This document shows positions 29,901 to 44,900 of a stretch of DNA of 64,000 nt, piece after piece. The notes below the pieces were generated by a model. The model searched no databases and was not told where the DNA came from. It saw only the letters and a program-made list of their open reading frames with translations. Source of the DNA: Balanoglossus misakiensis (lineage: Eukaryota > Animalia > Hemichordata); contig CM082587.2 of assembly GCA_040954595.2 (NCBI GenBank), positions 1,263,500 through 1,327,499 of the forward strand, read 5' to 3'. Numbering within the stretch: position 1 is the first letter of the stretch; the number at the start of each line of letters is the position of its first letter. The translations under genes were made by a program, and so were the position numbers.

Positions 29901-32900
29901 GAAGTAAGGTTTCAACACTTCACAGTCCTTGTTCTGTGACATTAACCCTTTCACCACCATGGTTCAGTCCAAACCCATTGTTTTTTTATGGTAAGGTTGG
30001 ACCTCTGAAGATGGAACTGGGGGTGAAAGGGTTAAGGCGTAGACCACACTTTTTCAAAGTTTCATTTCAAAGCGTGTTTTATTTTTCACACTAATTCGTT
30101 GTATATTCAGTTGCGTACCTGTGCTGTTTTACATTCAAAGGCATGTTTGTTGTGGGCACATGTAACTAAATGTATACAAGACAGTAATTGCTTTCTCTCT
30201 GCAGTCCATCACAACCCTCTCTGTACCAGCATTTTATTCCAGTTTGTCTAAAAATTGAAATTTCATCTGCTCAGGCAATTTATTTCCCCTCCCCTTCAAA
30301 TTTAATTTCTCCTCTGTAAATTAATTTCTCAACTATATATAAAAACATTAAAATTGCCTTAGTGCTAATTTTGGCTATTCACCAGATGCATCAAAATTAC
30401 TCTCAACTTTTGCTCCAATAAACATTCCTGCTTCAAACGATGGATGCTTATTAAACTGCTACACAGCTTTATAACATTTATGCTGATTGGGTGATCCTAC
30501 TAAATATGGCTCTGTGAGATGCTATTCACCACCAACATCATCATCAACACCACCACCACCATCATCATCGTCATCACCAACATTGCTTTCACAACAAACA
30601 TTATAGCATCATTCATACGCTTGCATCACTACAAAGAAATGAAACATTTCCACAAGACATGAAACAATTATGCCAGAACATTTCTGTGGAGGTGGAAGAA
30701 ATGAAAAAGAACTTCTTTGATGAATTGTCAGGGAAGACCTCGATTTGGATGCAGTATGGAGACGACCACCAAAGGGCTTGTAATTTGAAGGAAAAGACAC
30801 ATAAATCAGACCTCCAAGGTATCACTTTCAGATTGATTCATTGCGTAAATCAATTTTCAAAGTGGTTGAATTCTGATCGTTGAATCTTGTTTCTTCCTAC
30901 CTGGAGGACAAGTGAGGCTGACATGTACACACTATGGAAATTGATGGTTCCTCATTGCTCAAGAAAGTTAATAACTTCTTGGCGACGTACGCTTAAGCTT
31001 TGTTGTTTTTCAAGGAGGTAATCTTTCTCCCAGACGCAACAATTTTGTCTGGAGATTGACAAGAGCGAGTCCATTTCATTTACAGTTAGCCAGGTTCCGT
31101 CTGCAATTCATAAACTCTTTGTTGTTGCTGATCCGTGTCAAAGTTAAATGTTGCAAAACCCCACAAGCAGGGGGACACTCACCTTTCAAACCTTATATAC
31201 TTAAATCACAGGTGAGCATATCATTACATGTATACAAGGAGCAGGCAGTAGCATATTTTCCTGAAACAATACACAGACAGATGCTGTCGCATGCAGTTTA
31301 CATGCGTAGTGTGATAGGACAACACCCTGCCATTGGCCACACCTTGTATCATATATAACTGGCTGAATGAGTGGTTGCAACAGTTGTCTGTTTTGGTAGA
31401 AAAAGGAGGATCTGTTACATCTGTGGCAGTTCTTGCATGGTCACAAATTCACTCAAAGTGGGCAAAAATACATGAAGATTTAAAATTGAACTATGCAACA
31501 TTGATGACCCCAGTGGAAACATCATTAGGAATATTTACAACTTGTAGTATCTATGATCTCTCTGAGTATCACATTCCTTTTGGAAGTCATTCGCTCATAT
31601 TTTATTGGAGACCCTCTTTCCTCGGCTTTTGTGAGACCATGTGACCCGAGCGCTTGTCACTGATGAAACCTGGCGTTTCCTGGATCACTGAAGTATTTAC
31701 AACAGTCGGATAGCTCTCTGTTTGCATTTGCAGATTTTTACGACGTTCGGTATGAAATGATTGCAGGGAAGCGAAGCCCCGCAGTTGTGTCACGACACAA
31801 TTTAGGAAGATATAATGAGCATTTTTTGTTTGTCTTTTTCTCTCAAGGTTGACTGAAATTGTGATAAATGATGTCAAATCACTTGATCTGTCGAGTTTAT
31901 TTTCTGACCTGTACAGAGTAAAATCCGGTGTCTCATAGCCCCTCACCGAAGCCAGCCATCAAGTGTCCTACTTTTGCTGTTGGGTCGTTTATGCAGTAGA
32001 AAGAAATTTTAACTGGTTCTGACATGTTTTTTTGTTTCCCTTTTCTGATGTGAAGTGTTTGCATATGAGCTTTTTATTCGTTCAGTGTACACAGCTTCTA
32101 ATTCATCAGGGCAACTTTTCAGGACAAACAAAACAAAAACAAAAATAAACCATCATTGAAATGTGAAGTTGAAGCGTTCTAATATTTTATTAAACTAATC
32201 TTTCTGATTGAAAACTAATTGATCCATTTTGGCTTGTATGTTAGAAGGCAACCAGTCAACAAGCTTCTTAGAAATACATTCTGTGTATATACAACAGGGG
32301 CACTGATTGGTTAGTTCTGTTGATACTGTTGCTCATGTTTAATTCATCGTACTGTTTTATGCATAAAATGTGGACTAGATTTGTTGATCATCTTGAGTGG
32401 GTGTCTGAAGTGAAGATGTAATTTACTATCGATATTTCAGCCACTTACGACACACTATAAATTGTGCAAAAAATATTCTACCATATTCTATTATGTTGAT
32501 AACGATTAGAAAATGTTATAGTACTCCTTATAAGCCAGTAAATTCCATAAGTAAAAAAAAAAACCAGATACAGTGACAGAAATTCAGGATGTTGCAGTCT
32601 TGTCAACCTTGGACTAAATTGTTTTTCACTTCTGAAAGATGCTGGCGTCAGCCATCTGAGCAGACTGTTCTTAACATAGAGTGGAAATGTTGTGTAGTTT
32701 GCATGTCTCTTACTTTGTAAGCATGTCAGGGCTATGCCTCCAGGCTGTATGTTTTTAGAGGGACGCTTTTATCTCCCGAGAAGAAATACAAGCTCACTAA
32801 GTAGTCCTAAAAGTGTCACTTTCCAAGGTGTGCATATTTCACCCTGCGTGATGTCCAACATTTACTGCCTACAACTTTCTTTTTGATTTGGCAGGTTAAG

Positions 32901-35900
32901 TTTTAAATTAATGGTTCTGAATGAAACGAGGGGAAGGAAGGAAATCAGTCTTTTGAAAGTTTATCATTGACAGAATAGCCGCGCACTTTCTGGCATTTGT
33001 TTGTGACTCTTTGCCAAATCTCATTTTTAGAAGAAAATGAGTATTTGAACATCTTCCCCCACACACACCCTCCACCAACAACCATCACCTTATTTCACCC
33101 TTAAACTGCACCTTTGTCTTACTATCTAACTGCTGTAATCCCACCCTCACATCTTGGCTTGACTCACCCCTTTCCAACCCACCCACCCAAACCTATCCCA
33201 AGCCAAACATCTAAATTATAGCCACATTATCCACCTTCTGCCCAAACCTGTGCCATCAACTGTACACCCACCCTTCACCACAACAATTTCCTCTCCATCC
33301 TATCTGAAATCCCTCAACCCATTTTCTCCCTGACACAACTGTACATCCAGGGCAATGTAAAGTCAATGCACATCTGTGTAACAGATGACACCTGTTTAAT
33401 CAGGACAGATTTTTCAAGTCAAACTTAGAAAAATTAAATATAATGTCACCTGTGTATACAGGACACCTGTGAAATAAGGAGTCTCGGATATTCCCAAGGG
33501 TGACCTTAATTAGACAGGTTTACTGCGGTATTATTCATTGCAGGTCATAATCAATGTTCAAAAGATGCACATTTACCATTGGTGCTTGAGATGGCATTAA
33601 CAGAAGGCAAATTGTTTTAATGTCATATTTGAGTGTACCAATTCTGATCAAATGGGAGCATAGTGTCCTTGACACCTTTTTTATTTCCTTTAAATACAGC
33701 CATTTGTTTTCATGAAACATGCAGTACATATTCATTAAAAAAGACAAGAAGGAAATTATATACCACAGAAAGTATCTAACAACATTTCGTTTATCGGTAA
33801 AATGCAAATACCACTTTAGGTGTGTGCAGCGTCTTATTTTAAACAACAAAGGGCCGCTAGATCTCAGTTAATATGTCCGCCTAAGATGTTAAGCTTACAA
33901 GGGGCTTAGTCACTGCAGATGAGTTGTCGGTGATTCACCAGTCATCGTTGGAAGATTCACACACACGCACGCATGTTTGGATTCAGAGTACAGTACTCAG
34001 GATTAAAGGAGCCCAAATCTGTAGAATAATCATGATAACCGATGTCGCAAAGTCAACTGACCATCAGAGTGATCCCCATCAAACGACAGAAGCAGTGGAC
34101 TGTCAAAACGATCACTGACTTCGCTTAATGGAGGAGAGTAACTAACCGTGAAAGTAGCTGCAATTGTCCATAACAGGAGAGAACAGCAGACGGCTTTAAG
34201 ACAATGCCATTTATTTTTCTGTCGTAGAGAAGACACGAGGCCTTCGTAGATAATCCCATTGACTTGCTAATGGAGAAAGGCATACTGCCACCCCCATTAA
34301 AACGATTCCCAGTCACCCATCTCATAAAGGTATACGCAGTAGAGTGTAAATGGGCTCATTCAATTAACAGAATATGCATCTCATACACAAGGAGAAAAGC
34401 ATCATCATCATCATCATCATCATTGATGAAATAGTAACTTATAGACGAAAGATGAACCAAAAAGTACAGTGAGTGGAACCACAATGTGTTTCTCGCTAGC
34501 CACTTTAGGATCTCAATGTGGAAGAATAAACAAATATTTTCTGAGCCGTTTCTGTGTGTGAGAAAGCGCTTCAGTCATCAATACCCAAACAATGATATGG
34601 TCATATTGACTTTCTGTCAGACTTCAGCAGGCTGGTGTACACATACTGTGATAACAGGTGTTTGCCTACTTCTGCCTCATAACTGTTCTAGTGCCGACCT
34701 TACGTGACCTTTGTAAAGTTTCAAGTCAAATATTAAACCAAACAATTTTGCTCTGAAGCAGCTATTGTGCCTCCTGGCCAAAAAAGTATTGACCAGATAA
34801 TGTCAGTGCCTCCTTCAAAAAAAGTAAAACTGTATAAAAGAGGTTAGACCATGAGGATGAATTGAATTTGGGTTAGGTCAGGTCAGGGGGTCAATTGTGG
34901 AATATCTGTTTGTGGTTAATGCATTGAAATGCGATACCGCTTGATGTAAAATAGAGCTGGTGAGGGTATTTTGTCCAAAGACACACTGCTTTGCAAAATA
35001 GACATTTTCTATGGAGCCTGTCAATGTAGAGACTTTTACTTAAAAATTTCACTGTCTGTATTGAAATAAAGTTAATGAGTATCTGAAGAGTGACTGCCAT
35101 TTTGAGTTCAGAAGTAGGCATCAGATTGCATGAACTCTGCAAGTACGACGAAAAATAAATATGATTCCCTACTTCAGAAGGGTGTGGCTGGTGTTTTTTG
35201 CTCCCAGACGAGAATCGAGAATTTATAGTTAAAGCCGTATCTGTGCATTTATTTTTGTAACTTTTACATGTTTATTTCTGTAATATGGCTTTATGTACAA
35301 CCTAGACTACTAAATCATAAAAGTAGGTTTGAGAACACTTGCATTATATGGCAGGTTTATTATTAGGCAGTTGTTCTTCTAACCATTAAAAAATGGTCTC
35401 AAATTTCAACAGGATAACAAATTTTATCATTGAAATGTTATCCTTTTGGATGAGACAGATTTCTGAGAATTGGTCAAACAGTCATGAATTCATGTAATAT
35501 TTCATATTTTAAAGAATTGGGAAAAAAATGGAAAACAGTAATGGAAAATGGATTTCTGTATGTAGGATATGCTGAATACCTAATGGTAGTTCACTGTTTG
35601 CAGTTTGTATTAACCTTGTTAATGAAGGTTAAACACAGGATATATTGTTTTTACATTTTTGTTTTCAATGGTATTGTATCTGCTTTTTTCCTTTCCCACA
35701 GGGAAGGCGCGGATAATTACAGCTTACATATTGCGGAAGATGACGGAGAAGTAGACACTGATTTCCCAGCGCTGGATAATAGAGAGGTCATCTCCAAGTT
35801 TGGATTCCATGCACTGGCACTGGTAGAAACCGGAAAACCTCCAGAACCAGACAAGAGGGAGATATACGTCACAGTGTTAGTAGATCTCTTCAAAGTTTTT

Positions 35901-38900
35901 GAATTTGTTGATCTGGTAGGAAATGTCATTAAAAATGTTACTTTTCCACCTCAGAGACAAGTATTGACAGAAAGCAGCCATAACTGACAGATATCTAATA
36001 GGATTGGAGATGTTTAGCTCACTTCAAGCCATAGAAAAAAAAGATATCTGAAATCTGAATAAAGGGGATTCTGTGTTCTGAGTTAGGGATGTACGAAAGA
36101 AGATCATGAAAGAAGATCACCTCTTGTAATCTGAATAAAGAAAGTTGCAGTTTACTTTGTGACATTCATAATAGACAGGTTAATCTCTGCTTTGGGTGAT
36201 TAGAGCAAAGAGGGCGGTCAACCTATCTGCCTTTCCACCTCACTCCATCCCCACCCCCATACTCCCCCAGAAAAAAGGAAAAATGGCATAACACCCTGTC
36301 TCTGCAGGCCTACAATCTCACAAGGGACAGTTGAGCATATTGATCCGACATCTTACAGTAACATTTTTGCTGTGGGGGTTGAATTAATCCCTTTTGTTTT
36401 ATATGACTGGGGGAGACCAGCTGCGATTGTCTGTGGGTTGATTCTGTCGTGATGTCCTTTGAAATCTGGAACATGGGTGATGGCAATGATCCTGTTGCTG
36501 TAACATGGCTATGATAAAAGAGATTTTGATACAATACAGCTTAAAAAACAGATACATCCATTGTGTGTAATCTACCTGCAAATGTCTTAATTGGCCGCAA
36601 ATACCTCTTGTGTCCTGCAGGAATGCGCCTTACAGTGGCTTTTCCAAAATACTGGTTGACAGCTTTGGCACGACTATGAAAGAAATCTTACAGAAGACTC
36701 TGAAGAGAAGAAAAGGCCATGTCAGAATCGGAGGTAAGCAGATCAGATTTACCAAAAGTGGAGTGAAAGCAGACCCGGAACAGAGTTTATCACGTCTTCT
36801 TCCAAAATGTATCTATTACTGAAAAACACCTTTCAACGTGTAGCCTTTGGGACTAATGTGTTCTTGGTAAGATTTCTGAATGCAAAGTGTCATTTTCCAA
36901 GCATTACATCCCCCTCTCGTTTATCGACAGAATTTGGAGCAGTGATATTCAGCGAGAAACTTGCGAATGTCTGTGCAGATTTCAGTTAGTTTAACCCCCC
37001 CACACACCCCCAGAGAATGTTTCCAACCCCGCTGTCCTCACTGACAAGGGTGGACTCATTTGCAAGGAAATTGGGAGCAAAGTATAACACAAAGAGGTGT
37101 GCCCAAAAATTGCATCTGCTTTTACGGGCACAGGAAGTCTATCCACTTGCGGCAGTCGGCATTACCAGCGAAATTAAAACAAATGCCGAGCGTAATGGTG
37201 CTTGACTTCTATTGCAATGGTGACAAATTGTCTGTGTTAGTATTCATCGTCCTTTTGTCAGTTCCATCAGAGAAACGTAATCTGCTATTGCCAGGGCTGT
37301 GTTAGTGTTCCTCTGCCTGGTAATGGAAGATCATTTACTGAAATGACCAGCAATTAGAGCATGTATGGAAAAATTATCATCTGAACTAAGCTATCAAATA
37401 ATTGATGAGATAATGCGAGATGGTGGGAGGGTGGATGGGATTGCATTGTTTACATCTTGTTATGTTTTGTGTATGTAAACGATCAGGTCACTCTACAAAC
37501 CATTATTAAATTTGGAACCAAATGTACGTGTATCTGCTCTGCACAGTCCTGTTTAATTATGGACCCAACATGTTTGACATCAACTGCATATCTTGTCTGT
37601 TATTACTGGCAGCAATGATGTCGCGTCTGCTAATTATCACACAAATTGTAATGACACACCGCCTTAAATGACAAAATGCCATAAATATTCGCACTTAGTG
37701 AGTTGCTATCTGAAAATAGACTTTAAATTAGTGGACCAGCCAGTGTGCAATAATTATAACGGCTTCAATTCAGGAAGGAAGCATTTTAGTCGAGTTTGTT
37801 GAATGCCATTAGCACACAGAATGGGAGAGGGGAAAAAAACACTTTATTCTTGGCTTGTGATGACCAAATTTGTTATGCATAACTTCAAAGTGTGGCATTA
37901 GGAGATGGAAATGCTTCTTTGAATTGTGGGGACAAAGAGTGGCTTTTGACCGGGCTTGGTCTTGCATATCCCTGAGGTTTTGTTATTTGACACACATTGC
38001 TTCTGTAGCAAGGGTTAATGAGATATCGGAGTAATTAGACTTTTATGGCTTCCTATGAGCTTTTCAGCTCCAAGCAAAAAAACCTGAAGGCCGTGCGCTC
38101 AGAGAAGTATGCCCAAGTGTCAAATCCTGGGCGGGGCAAGGAGCAGTTGCCATGGCAAGTTATCATTGTGTCTCTAACAAGGAGAGATTGTGTAGGGGCA
38201 TGAATTCAAAAATGATAACTTATGAGTTCCTTTTTGCCCGTTGAAGGCAAGGGAAGCCCATGTGAAATACTCTCTGGAAATACCACACTCCCCTGCAAAT
38301 GGGCTCCAAAGTTTCAATATTTTGCAAAGCACCTTATCACAGAATATAGCATATTTGTTCACCTCTAAAATGTGTGATCAAGAGTGGTGATATAGAAATA
38401 TTGTTTGCGCTTGCAGAAGTATACACATGATGCCATGTACAGTATGTGTGTGTGAACTGAAGACAGAGCGGCAAGTTCAAAAGAATCTGTCATTTTTGAC
38501 CCAACGTACATCAGCGGCATAAGATGTATAGATTCATGTCTAAAGATTGCTTTGGAGAGATCTCTGCATGACAAACTCTAATGAGCAAGGGGGGATGTTT
38601 TTTTCTTTGACTCAGGAAAGCTCCCTACTCAAAACGAAATAAAATCTTTACTCCATACAAGTGAAATTCTAGAAATATTACAAGGTTAATTATGTCACCG
38701 CTAATGGCCACATATGATAAATTGTCATTAAATATCATTTCTGCTTTTTATGATTAATTTTGTCTTAATGAAGAGTTGTGACACAGCTCTCAGACATCTG
38801 GTTTTCCAGTAGAGTGAAATATTCGTCAGAAAAAATCATCTCTGTCAAAATTGGAAATTCAGAGAAAAGCAAATGAAAAAAAGAAGACTTTGATAGTTTT

Positions 38901-41900
38901 TGTGAACATTAATCACTCCTAGGGCAGGATTGTTTGTGTCAAGATGTGTGATCCTCAAAATCAGATAAAAACTTACAGTATCGGCAGTTATCTCATATTT
39001 TATGGTGAATTTGGTGAGGAAACGAACAAGATAGTTTTAATTTTGTAGGTTCGGTTTTGGGTCAATATTTCACCAACAAAATGTTTGAGCAGTGCCGCCA
39101 GTGGTAAACAACTCCAATGGAGAATTTTTTGTGGGGAGTACATGGGATGCCTCAAAAAATAATATGAGAATCAATTCAAAGGTAATGAAAAAATTGGATG
39201 AGCAACGGTGTGCAAAGAAGTGAATGGGCCAGATATTGGACATGTAATATGGCTCCCAGGGTTCCTCTATTGTTCACTGAAAGTGGGCACAGGTTATTAA
39301 ATGTAATGCCAGTAAATGATTTATAAGGCAATCCATCGTAATTTCCTATCTGAAAATGATAAAGTCTTTTCATGGGCAGAATAAAAGAATAATGGCACGG
39401 TTTACAGAGACAGTGGGAACCGTTTGGTCGTCTGTGTTGCGATTCCCGTGTATAATGCATAACGTAATATAAAAGTTGCAACTCCGTCATTTCCACCGTA
39501 AAGAGAAACAGCTTTCAACTTTCAATGTCTCTTTTGTTGGGAGTGAACGAGAGCGGTATTAAAAAAATATGAAAAATGATTGACCATTACTGCTGTAATT
39601 ATGCGGCATAAATCAAATGGGACTTTCTTTAATCACAGCAAATATTAAGTGATTTTCAGGTTACTGTTGGAAAAACGATCTCATAACTCTCACCGTGTGC
39701 GCAAAAATTTATGAGTCCTCCAACGGTGGAAAGTCTGCCGTAATAACCTTTAACGACCTTTTGAACTGATATTAACAGTTCCATCGGTAATATTTCATTT
39801 TCTGTTCAGTAAATAGCCCACAAACTTACAAAATTGAATTAAAATCCCTAAGTTCATTTCCCCATTCGCACAGAAACCTTCATTCATCAGTTGGAATTGT
39901 ATCTGTTTGCTGTGATGACATTTTCAGCTCTATTACTTTTTCTGATGTTTATTTCAGGAGATCTTGGTATTATGATATTAAGAGGATTTTTCACCATTAC
40001 GCGCTCATGTTATGCAACTCCAAAACTTCATGTAGCTAGCAGTTTTGTTCACTGCTGTTATTCCTGTCTTTTATGATTCCTGCATTTCTTTCAAAACGCA
40101 CTGTCCCGTCGTATTTATTGAATCTCATTATCAACAATCATGGGTTTGATTCTTGTCACAGACACAATCGTGCGTCAGCATTTTTTTTCTGCGGTATCTG
40201 ATTTGATCTGGTTTTCTGACACCTGGGAAAAAATCTTTTTGTGTAAAGTTGGAATCAAATGGCAGAGTCATAGATTAAAAGGACTGAGACATCGTTCCTG
40301 CGATGAGTTATCAAAAGAATCAGAGGAAAGCGAAAATTAAAATCACTCTGCGCATCAGTGTTAATGTTAACGTTTCTGACCAGATGATGAACAAATATTG
40401 ATAATGGAAGTCGGGTGGAATCCTGAAGATTTGAAGATAACGAATGCTTGTAAATCATACAAATCCTCAAATGGTAGAATATCTGTAAGTATTCGACCAA
40501 TGCAAATGTGATCATCATTGAAATTTATTCTCTGATGGTTTTGGGACCTTTTTTCATTCAACAGAGTTTGTTCATTACGGTGGGTACAAGCAAGAATTTT
40601 TTGTTTTCAGTTCTTGAATGTTCGCAGACAATTAGTTCATAGACATGCCATTTGACCTCTGCACGATGTTTTGACCTCTGTGACCTCAGTTGACCTAGCC
40701 CAAAAAAGGAGGATCCACTTGCTGATAAAATGGCACCGTTCCAGTAACAGGTGCCATAAATTTGTCACCTTATGCAAAGTAATTTGAAAATCATCATCCA
40801 CAATTAAGGGTTTGGGGGACACAGCAACTTCTGGGAAGCGTAAATAGCATTGAAGTCTGGTTGGCGTCTGAAAATGTGATATTTAAGGTTGTTAGGGGAT
40901 ACAGGCGGTTTGAACCGACGAGTATTTTGTGTAGAGATCAACCGAACAGACGAACACCTGCAGACAGAGTGTGATAGAAAACTGCGAACAGGAAATTAAT
41001 TTCATCTGTAATTGTTTAATCTTTGTTGTGTGGCAATGGGTCTAGCTTGAAAGGTTTTATCACTGATACTTTTTTTATATTTAGTTCGTGCATGTCGGGA
41101 CAAACATCTGCACAACTCTACTGACCTTGTGAAGGAATTCACATATGTTCGAATTTGTATCGTATCACTTTTTCTGTTTTTCGAAATTGGGTGGTAAGAT
41201 TGAGAGCTCGCACATTGATTCAACAGAACTGATGCTCCCCAAGAAGCATAAACATCTTGAAATATGTTTGCTAAAGAGAAGACAAGAAATCAAAGTATTA
41301 TTCACCACGAAAATCAAAGTCTGAAACTTTTTCTCATATTTTGCTCAAGGCAACTGTACAATTAATACATGATATTTGCTGACACATGTGACATATAGGT
41401 ACATTTGTGTTGTACTGTAATGATTCAGTACATACAGATTCTCTATGACCGCATACACAAGTTTAATAAACAGCTTCATTTATCTGATCCTGATTTCAAT
41501 GTACACACTGTGTATGTCCAATAAAACATAAAGATGATACCAGAAAATAAAAAAGTTGTGGTAATCTTTCATATGCTAACAATCGCAGATCATAAAAATT
41601 TCATTTCTACATGAGAGAGTGAATGATTGAGCTTTGTTTTCAATTAAGAAAATTGTGACAGAAATGGCACGCTTTTTCTTCTTATTGATACCGGAATGAA
41701 TTATAGGCCGTGGTGATTTTATTGGACAGTGGGAAATATTACTTGGGTATTTATCATTTAACGCTGCATTGATCAAAACCAGCTATGCATGCAGGGGAGA
41801 ACATGTAGCAGCAAAAAATTCAGAGCAACTGTACTCTCATCTTCCTTTGCTCGTCTGTGTCACGAAATACAAGGACAAACAGCAGAGTTCAAGGCTGTGA

Positions 41901-44900
41901 ATTTAATCCAACAAAAGGGCGGCAGGAGTTCGTCAAATGACTACTTTGAAAGGGAAAATACATATTAAGGGGAGATCCCAATCCAATATACAGCTGCTAC
42001 AGGGAAAATAGGGATATTATGATTTTTGATTACAGTGATCGAACACAACACAGCAAACTGACGCCTTTGCTGTCCTCTACAAACACTGGAGGCAAAAGTC
42101 TCTTGTTGTAACAAAAGAAGAGTTGTACGCAAAATGATTGCGTTTTGAAAAAGTCAGTTGTACCCTCAGTTCCAGTGCAAATGAGGACCAGGTGATAGTG
42201 CTACAGCTTATATTTTCTTGAGAAAAATCCCAAGACTATATGAACTAGCCTGATTCTACAGTATTCATTTGGTACCTGAATCCTCTCTTCCGCTGGGCTC
42301 AATCCTTGTGAAGATCTAGACTCCTTCACCTGACATGTATCTTAATCAGAAGTGTCTCTTTTTGGTCAAAAAACTAAATTGCCATGACAATGGGGTAATC
42401 TGCGATGTATAAAATGAAAGATATCATCTGCTGCCATCCCCTGGGTTACCATGGCGTAGGATAACATTTGGAGGATGGTTTCATTTCAATTAACTTGGCA
42501 ATGAACTTCACCCCAAATATGTGGATCGTGAGCACGTATTCATTACTAGCATGACGTCCATATGCTACACTGACATTTCAATATGAATAGAAGCCTCCTC
42601 CATATGAAATATTGCAACAGTTTCCCCCAAAATCGCTGGGGACTTGTCATTTGTTGCCATGGTAATCACATTGTGGCAGTTTCATGATTATGAGGAGCAA
42701 ATCACTTCAAATTGATGGCTATCAGTTGTGTATTGGTTTAATAGATACAAACATTGTTGAAAACGCAAAGTTCTTACGATAATTGCCTCATTGCTCATTA
42801 AAAATTGAAAACTGCCAAATTGAAAACCATGCTTTGAACACAAAGATATATATTTCATGAAATGAGAAGTTATACATTTATGCTGGAAAATTGAAATATT
42901 AAAAGATCATGCTTTGAATAATTCAATCAGAAACATGACAGTGATAAAACCAGGTTTCCACCACTATTATACTGTTTCCACACAGCAGAAATTGGGCTAA
43001 TCTGTGTGTATGACCATAAATATCCTGACAATCGCTGAAAATCATGTTACTGCACAGACTTCGATGTTTGCGATTTTTACGATCAATTTTGGTGTGAAAA
43101 CATCCAGAATTAGGAAACAAATCAAATATGACGTGTTTAGATATTTTTGTATTTTTGTGTGTGTCGCGTCGTATTGCCGACCTTTTTCCCTGTTAAAACG
43201 TAATAGCGTTTTCTCTCGCAGCTGGTGTTATCTAAATCAAACTATAATGACCAATTCCCAGAGTCATATCCTGTAGTCTCACGATTGTGTTAATGGCTAT
43301 ATCAAATATTAAAAAAAGATCCTGTCAGGTTTGTGTATATATACGCCCAGAAAACAGATCCAAGATCAATTTCATATCAAATTTTTGATAATAGTAAAAG
43401 TCAGCCATGAGCACACATGCATGTATATGCACACACACATACATACAAAGACAGTACCCACACATTTATATGCGAATTCTCACTTAAATATGCCCTCGTA
43501 TTGCACATTGTAATAAGGGGACAGGAGACTAGGCCTAATGACATTGTTTATAACTTCCGTATCTCTGGTTGACTCTGTCTGAAATCATAACGATTCAATA
43601 CATTTCATACATCCTAGAACGTAGTATTCATTTCCGTGGGTGCCAGGCAGTGTTTGACACACCATTGCTTTTGATGGCAAGACCAGAAAGATAAAATAAA
43701 ATGTTTCTCGTCAACTCAACTTCAGAAATGCTTTTCTTCTCCCACGCCAAGTGTTCAATTGCATCTCGTTTTGTAATAAATTAGAGGCTATTAAAGTCTT
43801 GTGAGTTATGCGGTGTTCGTTGTTCTTGTCAGGTGTTCATTTTATTTCACTGCGTAGTGAGTATGATCTGCAATGCATGAAGAGTAGGTGACAATGGAGA
43901 ATTGGTTTAGAGATGCTATTTTGTACATTTCAGTTTTTAGATGTCTGGTTCATTAAAGGAGACAGTATTGATGTGATTTTGGTCGTCTCACATAAGAAGT
44001 ACTTGTAAGTCGTTTCGGTCTGATGGTGAATCATTTGTTGCCAGATCAGCAGAACTTAAGTGAAATTACTTTTATCACTTTCTATCAAAAACTCCTTGAC
44101 TTTCTCAGTTGTTTCAACCGCACAACACGGCAGAGTTCGATATCTGCCATGAACACATATCTTTCAGTTATTCTCTGACATGATTCAAGAGATCACAGAG
44201 AGACACATTTCTGTCCGTGTGGTGATCGATCATTTTCAGTGCAGATGAACCAGACGTGGCAGATTTGGCCACTATGCCCGGCTCAGTGTCAGGTTGGCGT
44301 AAATCACGATATTAACACACGGTCAGTCAGCTGCCTTGATCTGCGAACATCAATCTCCACCGAGCGTGGCCCGCTTCTGTTTCCAAGACATGGTGAAATT
44401 TTAATTTACTTGTAAATTCCTCAATGTCCTATAGTACAAATTAATGGGAGTTGGGGAAGCTTAGATCCAATATTTTGACATATTTTCTCAATTACCTCGG
44501 GCCAAGTGAAACCAGAGCTGTCAATTTCACCTGGGTGGCCGACTTGGGCATCATGAAAAATTCACTCTGGATATTGGAGTGAAAAATGAAAATTCCTGGA
44601 AAATTTATCAGCTAGCAATTCTAAAGACTGAAAAGAAGGAAGTAAAAAGTAATACCTGTCTGTATGATAATAATTATTCCATCTGCATGATGTGTGTCCG
44701 GGATTACAATCTAGGTCATAGTTGTCCGTATCACAAAGATTCTCTCTCAAATGCCAGAAACGGCAATAAATAAAAACGTCCAGGTGATATTGTCTGAGAA
44801 GTGATTAAACACATGATCAAGGCAAATCCGATACTTTCCCTGAAAAGCTGTGTTGTTGAAAAGCATTCAATAAAAGATGTCAAATGTGCTGCACACACGC

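Noticed and set aside
36734-36822. Read-through of MAPKAP1 exon 6 giving a truncated SIN1 isoform
   Set aside because: Short open tail with no similarity or polyadenylation support; cannot be distinguished from chance.
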